Shown here: positions 28,826 to 38,514 of the stretch, piece after piece | Position numbering within the stretch: position 1 is the stretch's first letter | How the letters are laid out: each line of letters opens with the position of its first letter | DNA from: an uncultured delta proteobacterium | GTDB lineage: Bacteria; Desulfobacterota; Desulfobacteria; Desulfobacterales; UBA2156 | Assembly: GCA_963736855.1 (NCBI GenBank) | Contig: CAVTQK010000021.1 | Location: forward strand, 480,001 to 544,000 | Length of the DNA: 64,000 nt | Direction of reading: 5' to 3' | Notes under the pieces: generated by a model | Database searches by the model: none | What the model saw: only the letters and a program-made list of their open reading frames with translations | What the model was told of the DNA's origin: nothing | Made by a program: the position numbers and the translations under genes

Positions 28826-29787
28826 TGGAAGGATTTTTCATGTTTAAATCAGGCATCACCCAGACGGGTTTTAAAACAATCTCCAGAAAACGGCGCACCT
28901 TAGTCAAAATATTGGGAATGGCGCCGCTGATAGTGGCCCAACCGGCCATGGCCATTGACTTTTTAAAACTTCTGGAGCCCAAGAAGGATTCAACCGGCAA
29001 GGAAGGTCCTACAGACCTTGAAAAGGCGCTTCAGATCCTTCAGGGGGCCACCGACATTATCGGAAGCAGCGTGGAATTGGACTACGAATCCGAAATGATC
29101 ATCGGGAAAAGCGTTGCCCTGGAAGGATTCAAACGATACGGGCTTCCCGTGAAAGAAGATTCCCTGCAGAACTATGTCAATCTGGTCGGACAGGCTGTCG
29201 CCCGCAATTTCAAACCCCAGGATAGAACCTATTTCTTTGTCGCCGTTCAAAGCGAAGTGTTCAACGCCTTCTCCTGTCCCGGAGGAATCATCTTCATCAC
29301 CTCCACCCTGATCCGAAATCTTCGGGATGAATCCCAGTTGGCGGGAGTCCTGGCCCATGAGGTGGCCCATGTGAATCTCAAACACGCCCTTCAATCCATC
29401 CGCAGGGCCAAGTTTTTCGAAGGAGTCGGAAAAATCACCGTGGCCACAACTAAAGTGGACAAAAAGGAACAGTACCAGAACATGATTAACGACCTTCAGA
29501 CAGTCCTGTTTGACAAGGGGCTCGATCAGAACATGGAGTACGAAGCGGACCGATACGGAATGGAGATCGCCTATCGAACCGGGTATCAGCCGGCCGGCTT
29601 TATCGGGGTCCTGGAGATGTTGAAACAAAACGAAGCCGGCGCAGTTAAAAAGGGTTCCTGGTTTTCCACCCACCCGCCTCTTTCCCAGCGGATCCAACGA
29701 TGTCAGGTAAAGTTTCAGGATTATCCGGATGCCGGTTCCATGGCAACGGTGGCCCATCGTTTCCTGGAGTATCGGAATCGATTTTAA
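28825..29787 (+). CDS. M48-family zinc metalloprotease (BepA/LoiP-like) with Tat-like signal
   Basis: KRRTLVK...AQPAMA N-terminus; NAFSCPGG, HEVAH, EYEAD..G, STHP. TAATG overlap with the SH3 gene. Confidence 0.9.
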   Translation: MEGFFMFKSGITQTGFKTISRKRRTLVKILGMAPLIVAQPAMAIDFLKLLEPKKDSTGKEGPTDLEKALQILQGATDIIGSSVELDYESEMIIGKSVALEGFKRYGLPVKEDSLQNYVNLVGQAVARNFKPQDRTYFFVAVQSEVFNAFSCPGGIIFITSTLIRNLRDESQLAGVLAHEVAHVNLKHALQSIRRAKFFEGVGKITVATTKVDKKEQYQNMINDLQTVLFDKGLDQNMEYEADRYGMEIAYRTGYQPAGFIGVLEMLKQNEAGAVKKGSWFSTHPPLSQRIQRCQVKFQDYPDAGSMATVAHRFLEYRNRF

Positions 29788-29807
29788 ACTCTCAGAAAAT
29801 ACCTCCG

Positions 29808-30932
29808 ATGAACGCTGATACCCGAAAGATGCTTTATCGCACCCGGATCCGGCGCCTTCAAAAGGCGATGAAAAAAGAAAACATCGATACCCTGATGGTC
29901 TCAATCCAGGAAAACCGGCGGTATATCAGCGGATTCACCGGCGAGGACACCCAGTTTGACGAATCGGCCGGCGCTCTTCTTATCACCGAGAATCGCCTGG
30001 TTCTTGCCACCGATTCCCGGTACGAAACCCAGGCCCGATCCGAAGCCCCCCTTTTCGAAGTCTTTTGTTACCGGGAGGGATTGCCAAAATCACTCCCGGA
30101 GATCCTGAAATCCTTCAAAACCGAAAGACTCGGATTTGAAAGCGTGAGGCTGTCTGTCCAGGAACTGCACAAGATCGAGGATCAGCTGAAAAAGGAAAAA
30201 ATCCGAGCGGTATTGGTCCCTGTCGCGGACCTGGTGGAAAAACAACGTGAAATCAAGTCCGCTGCAGAAATTGCGGCGATCCAAAGGGCTCTCAGGCTTG
30301 CAGAAGAGGCATTTCAGCGCACCCTTCCGATTCTCAAACCGGGAATCACTGAAAAGGAGGCGGCTTGGGGTCTGGAAAAAGAGATGCGGGAAGCCGGAGC
30401 CGAAGGCGTGTCGTTTCCCGTCATCGTAGCCTTCGGGGAAAACAGCGCCCTTCCCCATGCCGTGCCGGGAGGCCGGAGCCTCAAACCCGGCGAACCCATT
30501 CTTTTCGACTGGGGAGCCCGCCTTGACGGCTATTGCTCCGATATCTCCAGAAGCTTTTGCATCGGAAAACCGAATGCGTTTTTTAAAAAGGTGTATCAGG
30601 CGGCACGCGATGCCCAGGAAAAAGCCGTCGAGGCGATCCGACCCGGCGCAAATACCAAGGACATCGATCACATCGCCCGATCCCTCATCAACCGGCGAAA
30701 ATTCAAGGGTTGTTTCGGACACGGCCTCGGGCACGGAGTCGGCCTTGCCATCCATGAAGCCCCGAGACTCGGCCCCATCAAGGACGATACGCTGTTGCCG
30801 GGTATGGTTTTTACCGTGGAACCGGGGATCTACATCCCTGAATGGGGCGGTATCCGCCTGGAAAACATGGTCGTCGTTAAAAAGGACCATGCCCAAGTGC
30901 TCAATCGGCTGCCCACCGATATTGAATTGTAA
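29808..30932 (+). CDS. Xaa-Pro aminopeptidase / M24 family peptidase
   Basis: Creatinase-like N-domain (YISGFTG, TDSRY), [41 protein letters not shown]. Confidence 0.92.
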   Translation: MNADTRKMLYRTRIRRLQKAMKKENIDTLMVSIQENRRYISGFTGEDTQFDESAGALLITENRLVLATDSRYETQARSEAPLFEVFCYREGLPKSLPEILKSFKTERLGFESVRLSVQELHKIEDQLKKEKIRAVLVPVADLVEKQREIKSAAEIAAIQRALRLAEEAFQRTLPILKPGITEKEAAWGLEKEMREAGAEGVSFPVIVAFGENSALPHAVPGGRSLKPGEPILFDWGARLDGYCSDISRSFCIGKPNAFFKKVYQAARDAQEKAVEAIRPGANTKDIDHIARSLINRRKFKGCFGHGLGHGVGLAIHEAPRLGPIKDDTLLPGMVFTVEPGIYIPEWGGIRLENMVVVKKDHAQVLNRLPTDIEL

Positions 30933-31029
30933 AGAAAACAGTGTCTGTAAGGGGTCATCTTACATATCGCCGAAACCCATACCCACTGCAGGACGATATT
31001 TTTTTCGCCGCATCCCCCTGAAGTCCTAA

Positions 31030-31104
31030 AAGCGTGGAGCGGTCTCCACCCGGCGTTTTTCCTTGGCAGCAACCTCTTCCTCCAGCAGATGATACAGAAA
31101 GGCC
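31030..31104 (-). pseudogene. possible IS21-family IstB N-terminal fragment
   Basis: The minus strand reads AFLYHLLEEEVAAKEKRRVETA, resembling the helical N-terminus of IstB helper ATPases; only ~25 codons. Confidence 0.4.
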
Positions 31105-31491
31105 CGTCGCCCATGCCCCGCCTCTGATTGAGACACCAACATATGATGACCCCGTTGCACCTTCCACAGAGGATTACGTCGCCGACCCGGTTTATCCCAT
31201 GGATTCTTATTTCTGAAAAATCCGTCCGGAGTTGACCTGCCCTGCCTGTGCGATGCACCTGTCTGCGTCGCGAACGCGACAGGCAGGCGCAGACAGGCGG
31301 CCTATGCCCGAACCAGCCGGGAAAATGGCCTCTTGCAGATAATATTCGTATTGACAGCGGATTTCCCTTCAGTTAATCGAGAATTTACACGCCACGTCAA
31401 ATGTGTGTTCCCATATCTTGGGATGCAGACGATGGTAAAGCACAATTCATGCTCGTGCTTAATCCGTCCGCAAAAAAGCGACTTCTTATCA
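31100..31491 (+). mobile_element. IS91/ISCR-family remnant A: transposase C-terminal tail plus putative oriIS end
   Basis: Encodes RPVAHAPP...EDYVADPVYPMDSYF*; homologous over ~300 bp to 34293-34591; homology stops sharply at CAAAAAAGCGACTTCTTATC. Confidence 0.7.
31241..31297. repeat. nested REP-like palindromic elements
   Basis: CCTGCCTGTGCGATGCA[CCTGTCTGCGTCGCGAACGCGACAGGCAGG]CGCAGACAGG; absent at the equivalent position of remnant B. Confidence 0.65.
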
Positions 31492-31565
31492 CCGGCCATC
31501 TGTGTCAAAAGTGAGGACTGACCCCTTGTCCTTTTTGGGTAGTTCTAGATTTTGGAGCAGGTAAA

Positions 31566-32195
31566 ATGCCGAACCGACATACCGTGAGCCAGGGCGAATG
31601 CATCTCGTCCATCGCCGCTCGTTACGGCTTCTTCCCGGCGACGATCTGGGATAATACGGGTAATTCCCGGCTCAAGGCCGAGAGGGGGGACCCTAACGTG
31701 CTCTACGAGGGTGATGTGGTCGTTATTCCCGATAGGCGGGTTCGCTCGGAACCTTCAGCTACTGAGCAGCGGCACCGGTTTCGCCGCAAAGGCGTCCCGG
31801 AGAGATTGCTGTTTCAAATCCTCGATGAGGAGCAACCCAGGGCCAACCAACCCTACGTCCTGGATGTCGACGGGCGATTGACCCAGGGGACCACGGATGC
31901 CGAGGGGGCGGTCGTGGAATTCATCCCACCCGACGCCCGGAAAGCTCGCCTGCTGATCGGCGAGGAACGACAGGAGTACGTGCTCGACCTTGGATGCCTC
32001 GATCCCATTGACCAGTTATCCGGGGTTCAGGCTCGCCTGAATAACCTTGGCTACGACTGTGGCGCTGTCGATGGCGCCCTGGGACCCAGAACCACGGCGG
32101 CGTTGAGGCGCTTCCAACAAGACCACTCCCTGCCGGAATCCGGAACCGCTGATCAACAGACCCAACAAAAGCTCCGCGAGGTATACGGGCGCTAA
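31566..32195 (+). CDS. LysM + linker + peptidoglycan-binding (PG_binding_1) protein
   Basis: HTVSQGECISSIAARYG...DPNVLYEGDVVVIP (LysM); RANQPYVL...GTTDAEG; VQARLNNLGY..GAVDGALGPRTTAALRRFQ (PG-binding). No signal peptide. Confidence 0.88.
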   Translation: MPNRHTVSQGECISSIAARYGFFPATIWDNTGNSRLKAERGDPNVLYEGDVVVIPDRRVRSEPSATEQRHRFRRKGVPERLLFQILDEEQPRANQPYVLDVDGRLTQGTTDAEGAVVEFIPPDARKARLLIGEERQEYVLDLGCLDPIDQLSGVQARLNNLGYDCGAVDGALGPRTTAALRRFQQDHSLPESGTADQQTQQKLREVYGR

Positions 32196-32205
32196 CTCTC
32201 CTGCG

Positions 32206-33727
32206 ATGAGTCTCTACGTCAAGATCATAGACGAACCAACCGGCCAAGTGGTCGCGCCCCTGGAGGTCCTCAAGAATTGGAATGGTAGTTGCTGGGATTC
32301 CACCCCAGAGAAGCGGATACTCGTCAAGATCGTTGAAGAGGTTACCGACAATAATGGTGTCGTCAAGACGGAGGTCCGGTTCACGCCCGAATCGTTTCGC
32401 GACGACGGCTACTATTTCTTCCCTCAGCGCTTCCCCCACGAACCATTGCGCAGATTCATGATCTACCATCCCAGATACCCTAAATGCACCCTCAGGGTGT
32501 TGCCCGGCGGCAAAACCTTGTACGTAGCCCGATCTGCTCCGCAACAACTGATCCATCAAGTCGGAGGCAATCGAATTGAACTTCAGTTAACTCCGCATCA
32601 TCTCGTGCCCTTCTCCGGCCGCGACCGATTCGTATTCGGAGCGAATCTGGCCTGGCTCGATGGCCAGTATGATCACGATTTTGGACCCAACTTTTTACCC
32701 AAGCCCACCCAACCTGGCCAACCTCCCCAACCTCCCCCACCTTACCCCACTTATCTCGATCCCAATCACTGGGATTACCAGAGACGGCTGGGCAATCTCG
32801 AAGCGTACTTTCAGCACATGAGCACGGTATTCAACTGCCGGGTAGTCCGCGTTTGGGTTTTTGAGGGGTGCGAAGGGCTGGACTTCATTAACAATCCCGT
32901 GAGCATGAATCCCGCCATCGGAACAAGTGTTAAGACGATCTTGCAACTGGCCGAAAAATACGACTTATACATCTATTGGTGCCTGCTGACCTCCAAGCCT
33001 CCAAAGCCGCCTAACCCTGCACACCCTGGCTTCGCCAAGGACGTGGGAATCATTCGCAGTGCTAGCAATCCGAGATCGAGTCCGTTTCTCAATAACGCCT
33101 TGAGGTCATTTTGCGGTGCCATAACACAAGGTCCTGCCCGGACATTCGCCATTGATGTCATGAACGAGCCGGAGAAGTACGTCGCCCGCGGTAATGTGAA
33201 CTGGGATCAGATACGCACGTACGTCAGGGAATGTTGCCGGAAGATTAAAGGCTATTTAGGACAGTCAGTCCTCGTCTCATGTGGAAGTAAGGGGACGGGA
33301 TGGGTGAATCATAATCCGCCGTTTGTCGAAACCATGAGCAACTATGTGGGGCTGGGATTGGATTTCTACGACTTTCATATCTATAACGATACGGGCGAAT
33401 TGCCTATGAGTTACGACGAAACTCTATGAGGAACTGCTCAAGAAAGGGCAAGTGCTTGACAAGCCCTGCATCGTGGGGGAGTTCGGCCAGGAGCGCACGG
33501 GCTTCCTTGACGACTTTCAGAAGGGAGTCGTCACGAATTTCATGCAGCAGGCATGGCGCCTAGGATTCGGCGGGTGCCTGATCTGGAATTACAATTATCA
33601 GAACTTCCCCTACAACTTGAGAAATACGGATCACTACCACTCGCTCATCTATCGCAATGGCTCCTCCAGACCGGTCGTCGGGCCGATGAGCGCCTTCGCC
33701 GGGGATTACAGCACCTATATGCCATAG
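32206..33727 (+). CDS. clan GH-A (GH5-like) glycoside hydrolase with N-terminal extra domain; one frameshift at ~33420
   Basis: GANLAW...DFG, RVWVF, acid/base VMNEPE, LDFYDFHIY. Removing one A from GACGAAACTC gives ...ELYEELLKKGQVLDKPCIVGEFG (nucleophile) ...G.LIW. Confidence 0.78.
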
Positions 33728-34043
33728 GGGAACTGAAGAACAGGGGGTGGCCAGTGTGGTTTAAGGGATCAGCTTTTGAGTTAGTAGTTAGCAAAAGGGC
33801 AAGCATGTGAGATGGTTTTTGCATGGTGAGACAAAATAGAGTGGGGCTTTGTTATTCCTCAGATCGTAAAAATTGGCAATGCTGTAAGGCCATAGCCGTA
33901 AGCTTCGGTTTCAATAGGGCCGGATCGATGGGAACTCCTGAACAAAAGAGCCTTCGGTCGAGGACCTGGATATTGCCCACAATCGACAATTTTTACCTCT
34001 ATTCACCAAAATTTGGCAGGCTTTCGTCGTATATTGGGATCAT

Positions 34044-34591
34044 TTGGAGAACATACACCAAGATGTAGCATCGGCACGGATATTGCTGCTGTTACTGTTT
34101 GACCGAAAGTTGTTATCCGAGCTCTGCCGCTGCGGCTGGGAAAGCCTGAAGGCCTATTTCAGTTTGTCCTCACGAAATTCAAGGGCAGTTCCCGGCGCCG
34201 CCATCGCCATTCAAACCTTCGGGGATTTCCTGGGGTTCAATCCCCACCTTCATGTGCTGATTTCTGACGGATGTTTCCACGAGAATTGAATTACCAACAT
34301 ATGAAGGTGACTCTCGGCCTCCCATCGAGGATTACGTCGCCGACCCGGTTTATCCCATGGATGCTCACTCCTAAAAGCCGGTCGGCGCTGCTCCGTTGGA
34401 CTATGCCCAAATAGGCCGAGATAATGGCCTTTTGCCGATGAAAACCCGTTTGACAGAGCACCCGCCTTTTGTTAATCAAAAATACATCCGCCACGTCAAT
34501 TGTAGGTTCCCATATCTTGGGGTACAGACGACAGCAAAACACAATTCGTGATCGCTCTTGAGTCCATCCGCAAAAAAGCGACTCCTTATCA
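34044..34591 (+). mobile_element. IS91/ISCR-family remnant B: HUH transposase fragment, internal deletion, C-terminal tail and putative oriIS end
   Basis: LLSELCRCGWESLKAYF...PGAAIAIQTFGDFLGFNPHLHVLISDGCF (HUH motif); 36-bp identity with remnant A (GAGGATTACGTCGCCGACCCGGTTTATCCCATGGAT); ends CAAAAAAGCGACTCCTTATC. Confidence 0.8.
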
Positions 34592-34728
34592 AATCAAATC
34601 AAATAATCCGGTTAAATCGTTAAAGCTTTTTCTGTATTTTAAAAGCCGCCTGTCTTTTCGATAAATTATAGATGTTATCCAGACAGATGTGAAAAAAACA
34701 ATAACTTAAAAGAAGCAAAGCATTTTCC

Positions 34729-34870
34729 AAAGGATGGGGACAATTTGTCCCCATCCTTTTGCTTCATCCTTACCTGAGAAGTGGCAAACAGATAGAATCA
34801 GGAAGCGAAGAATGTCCAAGATAGAAATCAAATGAGATTAAAGGGTGTGGACAGATTGTCCATACCCTTT
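34729..34870. promoter_or_regulatory. pair of related 31-bp palindromes upstream of the SNF2 helicase gene
   Basis: AAAGGATGGGGACAA-T-TTGTCCCCATCCTTT (34729-34759) and AAAGGGTGTGGACA-GAT-TGTCCATACCCTTT (34840-34870). Function not shown by the sequence. Confidence 0.45.
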
Positions 34871-35026
34871 CAGTCAATCTCTTGGAAACTGTTACCCTAC
34901 TCCATTCACGCTATCTATTAAAAACACAGAACCTTTAAAGAATATTGCAGATTGTCGTTTGTTTTGATAGAGGAATCAGCTATATATTCTCTGTAGCTTT
35001 CTTTTACTCCGGATGGATACTGCAAA

Positions 35027-37944
35027 ATGACGAGCATCACCGGATATCATGCAAAATATTTTGCGTATGAGCTGACCAAACGAAGCTCGTCAAACAGTCT
35101 TCAAAAACTTGCTTCATCTCTGCTTGATGCCCAGGTTGACTTGAATCCCCATCAGGTCGAAGCTGCTCTGTTCGCTTTCAAATCTCCTCTTTCAAAAGGC
35201 GCTATCCTTGCCGATGAGGTCGGGCTTGGAAAAACCATAGAAGCCGGAATTGTCATTTCTCAAAAGTGGGCCGAAAGAAAAAAGAAAATTCTGATCATCG
35301 TGCCTTCAAACCTCAGAAAGCAATGGAATCAGGAACTGCTGGATAAGTTTTTTCTATCTTCCATTATTCTTGAAACCCCATCCTTTAATCAGGAAATCAA
35401 AAAAGGAAATCTCAACCCTTTTGAACAGGAACAAATCGTTATCTGCTCGTATCATTTTGCGCGGACGAAAGAACCATATATAACCCGGATCAACTGGGAT
35501 CTGGTCGTAATTGACGAAGCCCATAGATTGCGCAATGTCTATAAACCGACCAATAAAATTTCAAATGCCGTCAAAAGAGCCGTCTCTCACGCTCCGAAAA
35601 TTCTTCTTACGGCCACACCGTTGCAGAATTCACTCCTTGAGTTGTATGGTCTTGTCAGCATCATTGATGATTATACATTCGGTGATCTGCAAAGTTATAA
35701 GCATCAGTTTTCACGTCTGACCGGTGAAGACAGTTTTGACGATCTGAAAGACCGCCTGAAACCTGTCTGTAAAAGAACGCTTCGCCGGCAGGTGCTGGAA
35801 TATATAAAATTTACAAATCGTCTGGCAATTACGCAGGAATTTATTCCTTCCCCGGAAGAACAAAAACTTTATGATCTGGTATCATCCTATTTACAGCGGA
35901 ATAATCTATATGCTCTTCCGGCAAGCCAGCGTCAATTGATGACCCTGATTCTGCGACGGCTCCTTGCCTCATCAACTTTTGCGATTGCAGGCACACTTGA
36001 GGCGTTGGCGTCAAAGCTTGAGACACTTAAAAACCTTCAGGAAAAACAGGAAGAGATAGAATCCGTTATTTCGCAGGATTTTGAAGCTTATGATGAAGTC
36101 ACGCGATGAATGGACGGGCGAGTGGATTGATGAAGAGGAAACAGACGGTGAAACCGAATCGCCTCTTTTTGAAAAACAGGAGAAACAATATACTCCTGAA
36201 GATATCGAAAATATCAAAAAGGAAATAAACGACTTAAACGTTTTTAAGCAGCTTGCTAAGTCCATCACCAAAAATTCAAAAGGAGAGGTTCTTCTTACCG
36301 CGTTAAAAAAAGGATTTGCAGAAATCGAGCGGCTGGGAGGCAGAAAAAAAGCGATTATTTTTACTGAATCCTGCAGAACGCAGGCTTACCTCTACAACAT
36401 TCTTGAACAGACGGAATTTAAGGGCAGGATTGTATTATTTAACGGCACAAACAGCGATCCCCTTTCCCGCGAAATTTACCGGAAATGGCTCATTAAGAAT
36501 CAGAATACGGACAGAATCTCCGGATCTCAAACGGCAGATAAGCGGGCGGCTATTGTGGATTACTTCAGAGACGAAGCGGTTATCATGATAGCTACCGAGG
36601 CCGCAGCCGAGGGTATCAATCTCCAGTTCTGTTCAATTGTGGTTAATTATGATCTTCCATGGAATCCCCAGCGGATTGAGCAGCGAATCGGAAGGTGTCA
36701 CCGTTACGGACAGCAGCATGATGTCGTGGTAGTCAATTTTCTCAACAAAAACAACGCGGCCGACCAGCGTGTCTATGAGCTTTTGGCGGAAAAATTCAAG
36801 CTTTTTTCCGGTGTTTTCGGCGTAAGCGATGAGGTGCTGGGCAGTATTGAATCCGGTGTTGATTTTGAAAAGAGGATTGTTCAGATTTATCAGAACTGCA
36901 GAACTCCTGACGAGATACAAATTGCTTTTGATGCGCTGCAAAAAGAACTGGAAGACCAGATTGAAGACCGCCTGAAAAACACGCGTCAGCAGCTTCTTGA
37001 AACCTTTGATGAAGAAGTCCATGAAAAACTTCGGGTGAATCTGCAGGAAAGCAGGGATTATATTTCAAAATACGAAAACTGGCTCTGGCAGGTTACCCGA
37101 TATTATCTTGAACCCTATGCCTGCTTTGATAATGACGGCCACTCTTTTACCTTAATTCAAAATCCATTCCCCAATGAAAAAATACATCCCGGCCCTTACA
37201 GAATCGGTAAGAATATTGAAGACGCAAATATTTACAGAATCGGTCATCCTTTAGCTCAGCAAATCATTGAACAATGCAAGATGAAATCATTGCCGACCCA
37301 GGGAACTTATTTTCAATTATACGGATGCCGGTGTAAAGATTTCTATTCTTGAACCGCTCATCAAAAAATCAGGATGGCTCAGTGTATCCAACCTGACAAT
37401 TCATTCTTTTGAAACAGAGGATTATGTTTTACTGTCCGGTATTTCTGATGATGGTTTGGAATTGGATGCTGAACAGTGCCGGAGATTTTTTTCACTTCCG
37501 GCTTCAGTGTCAGAGACTGTTCCGTCCAATGGCATATCAACGGTTAAGGAAATATTGCAGCAAACCACCAACGTGATGCAGGCGGAAATTTTACAGGAAA
37601 ATGCCGAGCGGAATTCCGAGTTTTTTGATATCGAAATGGGAAAACTGGAAAAGTGGGCGGATGATGTAAAAGGCAGCCTTGAAATTGAGCTTAAGGCATT
37701 GGACAAGGAAATAAAGTTCCGGAAAACCGAAGCCAAAAAAATTCTGAATTTAGAAGATAAGGTTAAGGCCCAGCGTCATATCAAGGAGATGGAAAAGAAG
37801 CGAAACGCCCTGCGCATGAACCTGTTTCAGTCTCAGGATGAAGTTGATGTTCGCAAGGAAAAGCTGATTGATGAGATAGAAGCCCGCTTGCAGCAGAGGC
37901 TTGAAAAAACTGAGCTGTTTTTGATACGATGGCGATTAGCTTGA
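35027..37944 (+). CDS. SNF2-family (SF2) helicase of the type III R-M-associated kind; two frameshifts (~36100, ~37301)
   Basis: ILADEVGLGKT, DEAH, LTATP, EGINLQ, YDLPWNPQRIEQRIGRCHRYGQ and a C-terminal coiled coil. Three track ORFs join into one by single-base corrections. Confidence 0.88.
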
Positions 37945-38027
37945 TGTCTTAACAAGGAAAGTGATCAATGTATTACAGAACAAGTATAATCGTCAGGGAG
38001 AAAAAATATTTGGCAAGAAACTCATTT

Positions 38028-38087
38028 AGGCAATAAAAAAGGCCCTTTCGGGCCCGATGGCTTTCGCCATCCACCTCCGGATTGCCT
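38028..38087 (-). ncRNA. candidate small structured RNA (multi-hairpin) / intrinsic terminator
   Basis: Minus strand: AGGCAAT-CCGGAGGTG-GATGGC(GAAA)GCCATC-G-GGCCC(GAAA)GGGCC-TTTTTT-ATTGCCT, with a TTGTGA-N16-TAAAAT promoter-like sequence immediately 5'. Confidence 0.45.
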
Positions 38088-38358
38088 GATTCATTTTATT
38101 TAAACAAAATTGGATCACAATGTTAAGAAAAGTTTTGAAAAGTTTTGAATTTCATCAGGTCAAAGCGGACGTAAAGAGAATATGCATCCATAGAAAAACA
38201 TAGGTGCAGTTTTAATAAAAAAGTGCACCTATGATAATCTATAAGTGCACTTATGGACGAAAACTGTCCATCCCATATGCGATATTAAACGGCGAAAGTA
38301 AAATAAGATGGTTGGTTATTTTACTTTCGGGCATGAAAATAAAATAACGGAGAGGTTA

Positions 38359-38514
38359 ATGTCAAAATCCAAACTTGAACTCACCTGGATCGGTAAGGAT
38401 AAGCAGCCGGTTCTTGAGCCCCGCATCCTCGTTGAAGATCCGGAAAAATCATACGGCGATAAGACCGCTGAAAATATGCTCATCTACGGCGACAACCTGC
38501 TGGCCCTGAAAGCA
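38359..38514 (+). pseudogene. type III R-M methyltransferase (Mod) N-terminal fragment
   Basis: RBS GGAGAGG, then MSKSKLELTWIGKD...LEPRILVED...ENMLIYGDNLLALKA; breaks before the IDPPY motif. Confidence 0.85.
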
